A stretch of 64,000 nt of DNA from Methanotrichaceae archaeon (GCA_963754945.1 CAVWIG010000021.1:43010-107009), one strand, 5' to 3'. Positions 29,415 through 39,868 are shown, numbered from the stretch's first letter. Made by a program: numbers and translations. Notes: generated by a model from the sequence alone, not told the origin.

Positions 29415-32400
29415 TTAGGGTATCACAATCTTTCCTCGATCTGTCCTTATCATGTTGTGGTTGTTCCTGAAATAGGCCGGAGAGATCTCCGGGCTGGTCC
29501 AAGCATCGGTGATGTTGCCGATCTCAGTTCCGTTCAGTTTCAGGCTCAGATCTTTCAGGTGAATCTGGGTTGCATTGTTCATGATTATGAACTTGGCGGG
29601 ATTGAACTCCAGGACCATGGTCCTGTTTCCTGGCTCAAGTTTGGTGGTGTTTGTGTCTTTGCCCAAGTCATTCCCGCTATCGTCCTCGATCCTACCGTTC
29701 AGGTTGTAGGCACCGGCCTTGATCACTCGCACCCCCACTCCAATCCCGATCTCGCCTGTCTTTGTAAGGTTTGTGAAGTTTCCATTAAAGTAGGCTGCAG
29801 GATGTTGGAACTCCTCAGGATTTCTCTGGATGATTATGCTCTTGTTATACTTGCCCAAGAGATCTCCGTTTTCATTGTACAGGAACAGGCTGGGGATCGC
29901 CAGTGGCCCGCAAGTGCCACTCTTCCATATCTCCTCTCCGTCTACGTCTATGTTTACGTCCCCGCTCTTCTGAAGGCTAGATGTACCTTTCAGCCACTGT
30001 ATCCTATTGCCCCTACAATCCACAAGAGCGCCCTCCACTGTGTAGTTTCCTGGAGACGTGACGTTGACTGCGAATCCGAGGGTCAGTTTGTCAAAGTAGC
30101 CGTCTTTATCCAAGTCTACGACCTTAGAGTAGTTCAAACCATTCAAGGACGAGCCAGCTACGGTCAATCTTATCGGAATCGTGAAGGATTGATTGGCAGA
30201 TCGGATCTCTAAGCTTCCATCGACGACGCTGCTGGTTGCATTAACTGGAATCTTGAGGCTGGCGTCAACCGTTGCACTCGACTCGCTCTCTATACTCGCA
30301 GGCCCTTTTGTTGAGACCCAGGTCCAATTCCCTTGCAGATAGCGCGATATTTCAACGCTGAAGGACTCGTTGTGATCCGATGGCACATTGTTGCCGTAAA
30401 TCCATATCCTCCACTTCCCTGGCTCAGGTCGTATCACTTCTGGTGATCCCGTTGTTTCTGACCCAACAGCCGCATAAACTCTCTTGGCTTCGGGATCGAG
30501 AAGAAGAAAGGCGATATCTCCATTTCCATCCTCGGCGCTCATGTTCGCAGAAATCCTGCTGGTGCCGTTTGGCACATCAAAGAACTTCTCCTGCAGGTCC
30601 TTCCTCCCGATCGACCCTTTGAATTCCAACATGCTCGCGTTCTCTACAGAACCGGTATAGCTGATGTTGCTCAAGGCTGGGCCTCTGTTTTCAAACTTGA
30701 ACTGGGCAGTGACTTTGCCGCCGGGAACCACAGATCCAGCGTTCCAGATCTTGGGATTAGTTTCCACCAAAGACTGCTCGAAACTCAGCGTGTAGTTCAC
30801 GGGTTCCGTCAGGTTCCTGGCGTGAACGGCCACGAGCCAGCGGCCCGATGGCGGGTCCGTTATGTCCACGGTATCCGCCAGGGAGGTTCTTTCACCGGCG
30901 TAGTACTCGCTGGTGGGGGACAGCAAGAAAAGATCCAGGTCAGCGCTCTGCTTCCAGCCGAGCCTGGACATGAGCTCGCTTGTGCCTAGGGGCACGTCCA
31001 GGTAGTAATACTGCCATTTGATTCCATGAAGATCATTCACTTTGACTGCTCTTCCTTTCTGGATTTTGATGGGCTCGGCGATCAATGCCGCCACGGGGAC
31101 GGATGAGATGATCTTATTGCCCTCCGCTATCTCTATCGAGCCATTGTACTCACCGGCTTTTGTCCCGTTGGGCACGCTCATTGTGGCACCGAAGACCTTC
31201 TGGCCGTTGGCCGGAACGCTCTTCGGAAGGGGCTGAAGGGTGACCCAATCAGATATGTCTCCTTTAACTGTTGTACTGATGTTGTTCCTCTCCTTGTTTG
31301 TGAAGAAGACGAACTGGTTTGTGATCTCATCATCATTGGGGGCAAGAGCATAGATTTTCTTCAGAGGGCGGTCTGCGCCCGTGTCTAAGCCTACATACAG
31401 CCCCTTACCGGCAGAAAGGTAAGCCCAGCGGCCCGCATTCCAAGCATCGGGCATCACGCCCGAAATGTCTGATTTCAATAGACTATAAGACTGGTTCGCG
31501 TCCAGCCTTCCCGCGCCTTGATAGTACTCCTCGTAGGTCTCCCCTTGGCTGTTGTTGAGCTTCTTAGCGCCTAATATCATGGCAGCCTTGACACCAGCGG
31601 GCGTTAGGCTGGGATCCGCCTGAAGTAACAGGGCAGCCAATCCAGCCGCAACCGGCGTGGAAAGGCTGGTGCCTGATGCCTTGGCATAATAACTATCGAT
31701 GTAATTGGGCTGCTCGAGGCCCGGCGGAACCGTTGAGACAACATTTACACCAGGAGCGACCACGGACGGCTGGGTCCTTCCATCTCTGGTGGGCCCTGAT
31801 CCGCTGAAGCTAGCGATGTGGTCGAAGAAATCTGATGCGCCCATGGTGATTACCTTGACTCCATCGCCTGGAGAGTCTATCAGGCCAGGGGCCAAGGGCA
31901 CATAGAGCAAGAGCAATAGAACATCTCTGCTCGCCCCATTCGTCTGGGATATGTCGAACTTTCCTAGATCGATTGGACTGCTCTTGCCTTTGGTCTTGAC
32001 AAGTGTGCTGGCACCTGCCAAACCCTGGGATTGAGTGTTGTTGCGATTACCGGCCGCGACGCACACAACCGCTCCTGCGTCCACGGCATTATCCGCTGCC
32101 ATGGTCACTGGCGGATTAGTCTCCCCCAAATTCATCCCTCCCAGGCTAAGGCTCAGAACCTTCGCATTATTATCAAGGGCCCATTCCATCCCAGCGATGA
32201 TGTCCGATATCTTTCCGTTTCCTTTCTGGTCTATCACTTTCACATTCAACAAGCTGGCTCCGGGGGCAATCCCTCTGTACTTTCCACCAGAAGCGGCACC
32301 AGAACCGGCAATGATCCCAGACACCAGGGTTCCGTGCCCTAGAAGGTCGTCCGTGGTGGTCTCACCCTCCACGAAGTTCTTCTCGCCGACCACTTTTCCT

Positions 32401-32909
32401 GCAAGATCTGGATGGTTCTCATCGATCCCAGAGTCCAGAATGGCCACGATCACACCTTTTCCATCTATTCCCTTTGACCAGAGCGGTTCGGCGTTGATCT
32501 TATCCGCAGGGATGACTGTGCTATTCCCAGGCGCATTGATGTCAGGCCCTGCCACGTGAGTTGAACTATCCAGGTAAACTCCTTTTATGGCATCACTGAC
32601 GGTTAGTTTTTTGATAGCAGAAGGACTGGCATCCCCTGCTACACCCTTGATCAAGTGATATCTGTACCTGACTTTCAGGTCACCCAGATCAGGCATGTCC
32701 TGGCTTTTGGCTATTACGATTACCGGTATCTCATTCTCATTTCCATTGTCTAGAAGCTTTTGCAGAGCCGGATCAACTGTTGGCACGGATGTTCCTGTCC
32801 GATCAGAAGACGCCGATGCTAGAACTGGTGATGATGACACATAGGAGGCCAGCAGAAGCAGGCCTGCTAGAGTTGCTGCAGAGATCAAGAAAATTTTTTG
32901 CTTATCCAT
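29415..32909 (-). CDS. Secreted S8 (subtilisin-like) serine protease with long C-terminal beta domains
   Basis: Signal peptide, propeptide, ILDSG, GHGT, AAGN and SGTSLSTP (catalytic Ser, with L in place of the usual M), plus PPC-like DLDLFLLSP...P.SGRW repeats. Confidence 0.9.
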   Translation of the reverse strand: MDKQKIFLISAATLAGLLLLASYVSSSPVLASASSDRTGTSVPTVDPALQKLLDNGNENEIPVIVIAKSQDMPDLGDLKVRYRYHLIKGVAGDASPSAIKKLTVSDAIKGVYLDSSTHVAGPDINAPGNSTVIPADKINAEPLWSKGIDGKGVIVAILDSGIDENHPDLAGKVVGEKNFVEGETTTDDLLGHGTLVSGIIAGSGAASGGKYRGIAPGASLLNVKVIDQKGNGKISDIIAGMEWALDNNAKVLSLSLGGMNLGETNPPVTMAADNAVDAGAVVCVAAGNRNNTQSQGLAGASTLVKTKGKSSPIDLGKFDISQTNGASRDVLLLLLYVPLAPGLIDSPGDGVKVITMGASDFFDHIASFSGSGPTRDGRTQPSVVAPGVNVVSTVPPGLEQPNYIDSYYAKASGTSLSTPVAAGLAALLLQADPSLTPAGVKAAMILGAKKLNNSQGETYEEYYQGAGRLDANQSYSLLKSDISGVMPDAWNAGRWAYLSAGKGLYVGLDTGADRPLKKIYALAPNDDEITNQFVFFTNKERNNISTTVKGDISDWVTLQPLPKSVPANGQKVFGATMSVPNGTKAGEYNGSIEIAEGNKIISSVPVAALIAEPIKIQKGRAVKVNDLHGIKWQYYYLDVPLGTSELMSRLGWKQSADLDLFLLSPTSEYYAGERTSLADTVDITDPPSGRWLVAVHARNLTEPVNYTLSFEQSLVETNPKIWNAGSVVPGGKVTAQFKFENRGPALSNISYTGSVENASMLEFKGSIGRKDLQEKFFDVPNGTSRISANMSAEDGNGDIAFLLLDPEAKRVYAAVGSETTGSPEVIRPEPGKWRIWIYGNNVPSDHNESFSVEISRYLQGNWTWVSTKGPASIESESSATVDASLKIPVNATSSVVDGSLEIRSANQSFTIPIRLTVAGSSLNGLNYSKVVDLDKDGYFDKLTLGFAVNVTSPGNYTVEGALVDCRGNRIQWLKGTSSLQKSGDVNIDVDGEEIWKSGTCGPLAIPSLFLYNENGDLLGKYNKSIIIQRNPEEFQHPAAYFNGNFTNLTKTGEIGIGVGVRVIKAGAYNLNGRIEDDSGNDLGKDTNTTKLEPGNRTMVLEFNPAKFIIMNNATQIHLKDLSLKLNGTEIGNITDAWTSPEISPAYFRNNHNMIRTDRGKIVIP

Positions 32910-33014
32910 AATAATACCTGTTTAGAGGTGATTCCCCAACCACTCATCGATGATCGTCAATGGACTTAGTGTAAGTAGATAATGCTAAATAAACCTGTGG
33001 TATTTCTAATCCAG

Positions 33015-33794
33015 ATGAGTCCGCTCTGGCTGATATCAAATATTCTATGGTTGAGCCTGATTCTTCTCCTAGCCTCGGCTCTGACCAGGATCAGCAATCT
33101 AGCGGGACTGGGTTGGATATTCTTCGGCATCTACTGGATGGATCAGCCTGGGTATTATTTATCCATCGAGGATTACTTCAACTCCGGATTGGCAATTGCA
33201 GCCGGATTGTTGTGCTTCTATATGGCCGGGATCATTCTATGGAAAAGATGCCAAACAAAGGCTTTTGAATGGGCGAGCTATGCAGCGGCCGTCTGCGGCA
33301 TAGTTTACTTTCCCTTTGCCGAGGTAGAAGTCCTCAAAGACTGGCTTATAAGCCAGACGGCCCTGATCACCGTTCATCTCCTCTGGGCGTTCTCGGTTCC
33401 GGTCTCTCTTCAGAGCGGGAACGTGATGGCCCTGAACGGTCGGACGGTGGAGATCATCCTGGCCTGCACGGCAATTGAGAGCATATCTCTATTCATCGGG
33501 GTGATAATTTCCGTAGGCGCTCCGTCTCTTCGCAAGTTCACAGCCCTGACTGTGTCAACGCTTGTCATCTACTCACTGAACATAGTCAGAAACGCCTTTG
33601 TGATGGTCGCCTACGGCCAGAGTTGGTTCGGAGACGATAGCTTCATGGTGGGCCACAACATCATAGCGAAAGCAGGATCGACTGTTGCCCTGCTGGCAAT
33701 CGCATACTTCGTCTTCACGATTCTTCCTGAGCTTTTGGACCTCATGGAATCGCTGGGTTCGGAGCTAAAGAATCCGTGGAGGGACCGTTCCTGA
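33015..33794 (+). CDS. artA: Archaeosortase A
   Basis: Multi-TM protein with VEIILACTAIESI (catalytic Cys), LNIVRN and HNIIAKAGS. An in-frame upstream ATG lies at 32982. Confidence 0.88.
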   Translation: MSPLWLISNILWLSLILLLASALTRISNLAGLGWIFFGIYWMDQPGYYLSIEDYFNSGLAIAAGLLCFYMAGIILWKRCQTKAFEWASYAAAVCGIVYFPFAEVEVLKDWLISQTALITVHLLWAFSVPVSLQSGNVMALNGRTVEIILACTAIESISLFIGVIISVGAPSLRKFTALTVSTLVIYSLNIVRNAFVMVAYGQSWFGDDSFMVGHNIIAKAGSTVALLAIAYFVFTILPELLDLMESLGSELKNPWRDRS

Positions 33795-34378
33795 AGATCG
33801 CCAAGGGGTCCACGACCTGGATATCTTTGCCCCTCATGCTTACAGCGGTATTGGCCGTCCTAGGAAGCTGGTATGCTTCGGCATTAGCCCTGATTGGTAC
33901 GATATTCGTCATATTCTTCCACAGAGACCCCGACCGAGCTCCTCAAGGAGAAGGCATGGTTTCTCCGGCGGATGGCAGGGTGATCAAGGCCGATACTGAC
34001 GGGATAGCCATCTTCATGGGAGTTCACAACGTTCACGTTAACAGATCTCCTCTGGACGGCCTGGTTAAGAGAACCCAGTACACCAAAGGCGGGCACTATC
34101 CTGCCTTTTTGAACCTAGCCAGCAAGAACCAGCAGAACAAGATAGATATTGAGACGGCCGAAGGTGACATAGAGATCTCTCAGATAGCAGGAGCTCTGGC
34201 CAGAAGAATAGTCTGCTACGTCAAACCCGGTGATCGGGTTGTGCGAGGACAGCGCATAGGCATGATTCACTTCGGGTCCCGAGTAGAGGTTACAATTCCC
34301 AAAGGTTACCGGCAGTATGTCAACATTGGGGATAGAGTTCGCGCTGGTGAGAGCATAATCGCGGTGAAGGAATCATGA
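33776..34378 (+). CDS. psd: Archaetidylserine/phosphatidylserine decarboxylase proenzyme
   Basis: FFHRDPDR, SPADGRV, IFM..NVHVNRSP, QIAG..ARRI and the GMIHFGSRV self-cleavage motif. Confidence 0.92.
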   Translation: MEGPFLKIAKGSTTWISLPLMLTAVLAVLGSWYASALALIGTIFVIFFHRDPDRAPQGEGMVSPADGRVIKADTDGIAIFMGVHNVHVNRSPLDGLVKRTQYTKGGHYPAFLNLASKNQQNKIDIETAEGDIEISQIAGALARRIVCYVKPGDRVVRGQRIGMIHFGSRVEVTIPKGYRQYVNIGDRVRAGESIIAVKES

Positions 34379-35036
34379 ATATCCTCAGGGCCATTCGGAT
34401 ACCCGATCTTTTTTCTCTCCTGAACCTTGCGTTCGGATTTGGGGCAGTACTGGCTGCGTCCCGAGGAAATATCGAATTTTCTATCACTGCTGGTGATCCT
34501 TTCTGCAGTCTTCGATGGAATCGACGGTTTCCTCGCCAGAAAGGCAAAGGCAAGCGATCTTGGTTTCAGCCTTGATTCCCTGGCCGACCTGGTCTCCTTC
34601 GGGGTTGCGCCGGCCTCAATTGCTGTGACCGCCTTTGGCTTCTCGGGTTACGCCCTGACTGTGAGCCTGATCTACCTGACCTGCGGGACCCTGAGGCTGG
34701 CCAGGTTCAACGTTTCGGACAGGGACGACGAGCACTTCGAAGGGTTTCCTATAACAGCGTCCGGGATAGCGATTGTTGCCAGCATGCTTCTGGATAGGCC
34801 TGGGCTAACCCTGGCCTTGATGCTGATTCTATCCATCCTGATGGTGAGCAGCATCCCTTACCCGAAAGATAAGGGATTTAAGATTGGTCGCGGCTTTTGC
34901 CCTGGTTCTCCTGGCCGCTGCAATCCTATTCCGGTTTATGGGAGACGCCGCTCCGTCTGGATCGCTCATATTAGCCGCAATGCTCGTTTATATGGCCAGT
35001 CCGGTGGTGATATCATGCCTACCAATAGGGAAATAG
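34375..35036 (+). CDS. pssA: Archaetidylserine synthase (CDP-alcohol phosphatidyltransferase); apparent 1-nt indels near 34485 and 34866
   Basis: PDLFSLLNLAFG joins FDGIDGFLAR...G.SLDSLADLVSFGVAP...LRLARFN...LMVSSIPYPK. A hydrophobic tail in the shifted frame ends at 35036. Confidence 0.85.
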
Positions 35037-35340
35037 CGGCCTTCGAAGCCGGGATCAAGCTTGGGGCGCTCTATCACCAGTTCGTTGGATCGCCAATAAG
35101 CCCCAAGACAGCAGACAGCCTCGAAGAGCCATAAAGGAGAGCATATCCCTGCAGCCTTACGTCCGGAGTGTCGATGTGAGGATTGACCGGCGGATGCTCG
35201 AGGAGAACGCCTTCGGCTACGGAGAGCTGGAGGGCAGGATGATATTCGCCGAGGTGGAGATAAAATACCTGGGCGAGACTGTGCGGGCCAGGTTGGAGTA
35301 CGATCCTGATAAGGACTATCCGATGATGAAGCTAATTTAG
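35015..35340 (+). CDS. mptD: Archaeal dihydroneopterin aldolase (MptD-type); 1-nt deletion near 35125
   Basis: FEAGIKLGALYHQFVG, then in the shifted frame AIKESISLQPYV...FGYGELEGRM...DYPMMKL. Confidence 0.85.
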
Positions 35341-35484
35341 GTCTATTTGGCTGGGGGCAAGATAATTCGGTTGCTCTGGCTGGATGATTCTGGAACCCTA
35401 GCCTAAGTGCAGCCCAGGTACCCTTCATTCCATGACTTCATGGAATGAATTTTCGACAATTGCCAGCTATCGACTAACCAGCAT

Positions 35485-35525
35485 CGGTCAAAACAAAAAC
35501 GCACTGTAGAACCAAGAGCGCAAGG
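35485..35525. repeat. 41-bp motif repeated at 37558-37598
   Basis: CGGTCAAAACAAAAACGCACTGTAGAACCAAGAGCGCAAGG versus CGGCCAAAACGAAAATGCACTGTAGAACCTGGAGCGCAAAG (35/41 identical). Confidence 0.8.
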
Positions 35526-35632
35526 TAAGCTTTAGCGGGGCTAAAGCATATTTATAAATTTTCCATAACTTGTATACTGGCAGACGTTGTATAAAATTGT
35601 GCGTTTAAAAAAACAATAAGCTTCATGACATT

Positions 35633-36192
35633 TTATGGATTTTGCTCAACGGGGCGTACGTCTCTAAGGGAGCTCTTTCTCTTTAATTCATCTATAAATT
35701 CATCCACAGTATTTAATCCATTGGCGATTTCAGTCATTCTTTGCATCAAGTCATTGGCAATAGCTTCGATTTCTTCCTTCGACGCTGTACTTGGATCCAG
35801 TTTTTGAATACGTAGTAAAGGTGGAACTAGATATACCAAAGACAGACCTCGTTTTCTAGTCTGCCCCACGCCTTAATAGATAGATAAACGTCTTTTATTG
35901 CATTTAAAATGGAATTTAAAATAGCAATTGTGATTCCTATAATGCCTATTATAGCTATCGGCGGTATCTCCGTGGTCGCAGTTGTAGTTGTTATATATGT
36001 ATATCCTATAATTACTAAATATATCTCTATAATTAGTATTGATAAGCTCGAGAAAACATTACTAAATATTCGTGAATCGCTTTCAATAGGAGCCAGAATC
36101 TTATCTTTAGCAATCCGAATTTGCATATCCAAAAGTCGCTTATCGATTTTTTTAAGTAAAGCTAACATTTCCTCGATATCTTTTTCAGCCAT
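35633..36192 (-). CDS. AT-rich hypothetical two-TM membrane protein with coiled-coil ends, probably one gene frameshifted near 35845
   Basis: Overlapping ORFs 35827-36252 and 35633-35869, two hydrophobic helices, low GC. Confidence 0.5.
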
Positions 36193-36355
36193 GTACAGGA
36201 AAGGATTATGAGATCCCATGCAGATAAATATTCCCTGTAATTTCCTCTGCATTTCTCCTATGAGCAGTGGTCGATACGCTCCGAGGGCGAGTTCCGTCGT
36301 GACAAGGATTGAACTCTTTCGCGAGACCTTAGAGGATTCCTAAAACCCTCCCAAA

Positions 36356-36978
36356 TCAACCGGCAGTAGCAGGTCAGCCTTTGCGAGCCTGCGGTCAATC
36401 AAGCTGACAGAGATCAACAGAACAGCAGAAACAGCCAAGCCTAGTAATGGATAGCTGTGGGCTGCCTCCAACCAAGACAGTCAGTGTTCCCAAGAAGTTA
36501 ATCCAAGCTTTTCCTTATAGAATCCACCGATCACAGGCACCAGCATTCCGCTGGTGAATACGGTGTAAACTGAGAAGAGCATTGCTATTATTCCGGATCC
36601 CGTCAGAGCCAGGGCCAGAGCTGCCATGCCAATGGTCACAGCTCCCAACCTGGAAGTTCTCATGAGTTCCGGAACTCCTGATGACGGTCTGGCCTTCAGT
36701 ATAGGTCAAGCGCCATGGTGGTTGTGGCTGTCATCAGGGGCGTGGCCGCCGAGGACATGAACGCAGTCAGAAGGGCTGATCCTACGATGCCCGTTCGAGG
36801 GGTGAGCATGCTCATCATCAGAATAGGTAACGCCTGTTCGGCCTGGATACCAGGAAAAAGAATCCTAGCTGATATTCCCAGGATTGTGATGGCAAAGGCC
36901 AGGGGCGCCAGGATTAAAACGGCCATCACGACAGAGCCCCCTAGCAGTCCCAGAGTCTTTTTGCCAGGAAGATACAGG
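36356..36978 (-). pseudogene. Diverged partial duplicate (3' ~40%) of the sodium:solute symporter gene
   Basis: Fragments FMSSAATPLMTATTTMALDLY and LALTGSGIIAMLFSVYTVFTSGMLVPV match 40164-41531, with indels and many substitutions. Confidence 0.88.
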
Positions 36979-37041
36979 AAATTTCATAGTACTATCACTG
37001 GGATAATGTTAAATTCATCCAGAGCGTAATGGTTACCTAAT

Positions 37042-37320
37042 ATGTTCGCAGAGTACATCCAGGCAGCTCTGGAGCGAGCGCAGTACAAGGTCATTGACAA
37101 TACTGAGCCTATATTTGGGGAGGTTCCTGAACTTGAAGGCGTGTGGGCAACGGGTGAGACTGTGGAAGAGTGCCGCAGGGAACTAATTTCAGTGATTGAG
37201 GGGTGGATTGCCTTGAGGCTGCGAATGGGCGATTCAATTCCACCGATAGGTAACTTCACCATCAACGTCTCGACGGAGCCGATGGCCGTTGTCGAGGCTG
37301 ATCCCTGTCACCAGAAATGA
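37042..37320 (+). CDS. hicB: HicB-family antitoxin
   Basis: EYIQAALERAQY...GEVPELEGVWATGETVEEC..EL..VIEGW...G..IP. Confidence 0.85.
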   Translation: MFAEYIQAALERAQYKVIDNTEPIFGEVPELEGVWATGETVEECRRELISVIEGWIALRLRMGDSIPPIGNFTINVSTEPMAVVEADPCHQK

Positions 37321-37528
37321 GTTGTTGAGAAGACTAAGAAAGTTGGGGTTTTGAAGGTCCCTATCCTGGGTCGGGCCAATGCGTATATGGTCAGAGAAGT
37401 ATCCGGGAAAAGGTTGTATGTAAAAATCCCCAACCCCCCATCACGGTGAGGATATAGGCGCTGGCCTCTTGGCAGAAATATTGAGAAGGGCCGAAATCAG
37501 CCGCGAGGATTGGTTTTCGGCAGCTTAG
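37289..37528 (+). pseudogene. hicA: HicA-family toxin with several apparent indels
   Basis: Reconstructs as RLIPVTRNELLRRLRKLGF-EGPYPGSG-xAYMVR...VKIPNP-HHGEDIGAGLLAEILRRAEISREDW. Two of the indels lie in homopolymers. Confidence 0.75.
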
Positions 37529-37680
37529 CTCTCTTTTAGATTTATTGGCAAGGATTCCGGCCAAAACGAAAATGCACTGTAGAACCTGGAGCGCAAAGAT
37601 AGGAAGAATGGAAGGTCGTCCACGCTGGAGTTGTTGGGACAACACTTTCCAATCATACATATTCCTCGATCCTTGAAAAC

Positions 37681-38951
37681 GGCAGTGTAACGATTTTTCT
37701 GTACTTTGATAATAAGAATGATTATCGGCCCTGTATCCTATCCAATCTTGAGAAAAGGAGGACACAGGACCATGATACCCATAGCACTCTTGGAAGATTA
37801 CCTTATCGATCAGGAAGATGGACTAAAGAAGCTTCTGACCTGGTTCTTGAACCTTGTAATGCAGCTAGAAGCGGCGCAACAGGCAGATGCAGAACCGTAT
37901 CAGAGAGTCGAATCCCGAAAGGCACATAGGAATGGCTACAAGGAAAGATCTCTGAAGACGCGAGTTGGAGAGCTCCGACTCAAGAAACCTCAATTCCGTG
38001 AAATTTCCTTCGAAACCAAGGTGTTCGACAGATTTTCGCGCGTAGAGAAGGCTTTGGTCAACGCTGTACTCGAATCGTATCTCCAGGGGGTTTCAACCAG
38101 GAGAATCCAAGATATTGTCTCTCGATTTGGCATCGAGAATTTATCTGCCTCTAGCGTTTCCAGGATATCCAAAGAGCTTGACGAGAAGGTAGAAGAATTC
38201 CTGAAGAAACCTATCGAACGTCCTATTCCTTATCTTTATGTAGATGCAAGCTACTTCAAAGTAAGAACAGAATCAAGATATGTTACCAAAGCTTTCATGA
38301 TCGTCACAGGTGTTAGAGATGACGGTTATCGCGAGATACTTGGCGCAAGAATAGCTGACAGTGAAGATGAACTCTTCTGGTCGGGATTATTTCAAGATCT
38401 GGCGGATCGTGGGTTGTCCGGAGTAAAGCTCGTGATATCAGATGGTCATAAGGGAATCCAGAAAGCGGTTGAGAAATCATTTCTTGGTGCTTCATGGCAA
38501 ATGTGTCACGTTCACTTTTCAAGAGCGGTCTTGAGAAACGTTGCCAAGAAGTATCATAAGGAGATCGCCGATAAGATCAAGATCGCTCTGGAAGACGAAA
38601 TCAAGATACAGGACTTAGCGAAAGAATTGAGGGAAAGAGGTTATGCGAAATCTGCTGACACTATCGACCGCTTCAGATTCAGTCTGTGGAATTACAGGGC
38701 ATTCCCCAGAGGTCACTGGAGAAGGATTCGGACTACAAACGGGCTGGAGAGGATCAACAAGGAGCTGAAAAGAAGATCCAGGGTAGTCGGTGCCTTCCCA
38801 AGTGAGAGCTCGTTCATGAGGTTAGGGGTTTCGATCCTCATCGATATCAACGAAGAATGGCTGACCGCTAAAAAGTATTTATCTATGGATGCTGATTGAG
38901 TATGTTGGGATACAGGGCAACTCCAAATTACAGAAATCTCGGCACACTACC
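37681..38951 (+). mobile_element. IS256-family insertion sequence
   Basis: Imperfect TIR GGCAGTGTAACGATTTTTCTGTA / TACAGAAATCTCGGCACACTACC, with 8-bp TSD TTGAAAAC (37673-80 and 38952-59). Confidence 0.93.
37772..38899 (+). CDS. IS256-family (Mutator-like) transposase
   Basis: RNGYKER, YLQGVSTR, LYVDA, ISDGHKG, WQMCHVHF and RTTNGLERINKELKRR. Confidence 0.95.
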   Translation: MIPIALLEDYLIDQEDGLKKLLTWFLNLVMQLEAAQQADAEPYQRVESRKAHRNGYKERSLKTRVGELRLKKPQFREISFETKVFDRFSRVEKALVNAVLESYLQGVSTRRIQDIVSRFGIENLSASSVSRISKELDEKVEEFLKKPIERPIPYLYVDASYFKVRTESRYVTKAFMIVTGVRDDGYREILGARIADSEDELFWSGLFQDLADRGLSGVKLVISDGHKGIQKAVEKSFLGASWQMCHVHFSRAVLRNVAKKYHKEIADKIKIALEDEIKIQDLAKELRERGYAKSADTIDRFRFSLWNYRAFPRGHWRRIRTTNGLERINKELKRRSRVVGAFPSESSFMRLGVSILIDINEEWLTAKKYLSMDAD

Positions 38952-39050
38952 TTGAAAACCCCTGAACAACTTGACGCGGTTGGTTCTTTTGGTCCCAAAC
39001 CCTATACAAGATCAAAGAAATTATGTACTTACAGCACTTACAACGTCTCC

Positions 39051-39263
39051 ATGCGTGGAAATACAAACATAAAACATGCAGCAGCAACAAGCCGAATCCC
39101 TGTATCGAGAAACGTTTGGGCAAGCCTGTCCAGTTTAAGAAAACCAGGAGAAACTTACAATGACCTACTCGAGGAGATGATCGAAAGGGAGAAGAAACGC
39201 CGGTTGTTTGAGGACATGGACCGAATCGAGAAGAGGGGTAAATTCGTGGTGATGAAATGGTAA
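39051..39263 (+). CDS. Small archaeal antitoxin-like (RHH-type) protein
   Basis: TSRIPVS...L..LRKPGETYNDLLEEMIE. Overlaps the start of a toxin-like stub. Confidence 0.65.
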   Translation: MRGNTNIKHAAATSRIPVSRNVWASLSSLRKPGETYNDLLEEMIEREKKRRLFEDMDRIEKRGKFVVMKW

Positions 39264-39313
39264 ACTTCGAGGTGTTTATAGATGAAGATGCCTGCATCTC
39301 GAATAAAGGCTAA
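39257..39313 (+). pseudogene. Truncated RelE/ParE-like toxin N-terminus
   Basis: MVNFEVFIDEDA resembles the RelE first strand and helix. It runs straight into the convergent vapC 3' end. Confidence 0.4.
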
Positions 39314-39690
39314 TCCCCTAGAAAAATAACGTCTTTCAGTCCTTTGAAATGGGTGTCCCCAGTTAAGACTTTTGCACCTTCTCTGATCGCTGTGGCATAG
39401 ATTATGGCATCTCCTAGGCCCCAATCTCTTTCATGCCTGAACTTGGCTCCTTTGACGGCAATCTCTTCATCAACGGGGATCAAATAGCATCGTGAGATCA
39501 TGGCCCTTCGCCTCTTTTCGGCGGTCTGTTCATCGAACCGGTCAAGTGCTATACGATAGATCTCAGCAAGGTTGATACTGCTTATGATAATCTCTTGGTC
39601 CTCGTCCATAACATAGGTCTTAACGGTTTCTCCGATCTTGCTACCAGCGAAGAACTCTACCCAGGCCCAGGAATCAATTAAAGCGATCAA
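39310..39690 (-). CDS. vapC: VapC PIN-domain toxin
   Basis: IDSWAWVE, SSINLAEI, GLGDAIIYATA and LTGDTHF. Confidence 0.9.
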   Translation of the reverse strand: MIALIDSWAWVEFFAGSKIGETVKTYVMDEDQEIIISSINLAEIYRIALDRFDEQTAEKRRRAMISRCYLIPVDEEIAVKGAKFRHERDWGLGDAIIYATAIREGAKVLTGDTHFKGLKDVIFLGD

Positions 39691-39868
39691 TCTCTTCCCT
39701 CTTGAATGGTGCTATTCCTGGCATACTTCCGAACTCGGATTCGTCCATTCTCTTGGCTTTCCTGAGCAAATGCCTGACCACATCGTTATAGGATTCGACA
39801 TTAAGCTCCTTCTTTAATATGTTCAGCATTTTGTAAACATCGTCTTGAACCTGAATCGTAGTTGACAT
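39674..39868 (-). CDS. vapB: VapB-type antitoxin
   Basis: TTIQV..DV...L..LK...SYNDVV..LL...FGS. Overlaps the vapC start. Confidence 0.82.
   Translation of the reverse strand: MSTTIQVQDDVYKMLNILKKELNVESYNDVVRHLLRKAKRMDESEFGSMPGIAPFKREEIDRFN

Noticed and set aside
29409-30212. 267-aa + strand ORF downstream of the TATA-like element
   Set aside because: Lies entirely antisense to the subtilase, has a TTG start with no RBS, and carries no recognisable domain.
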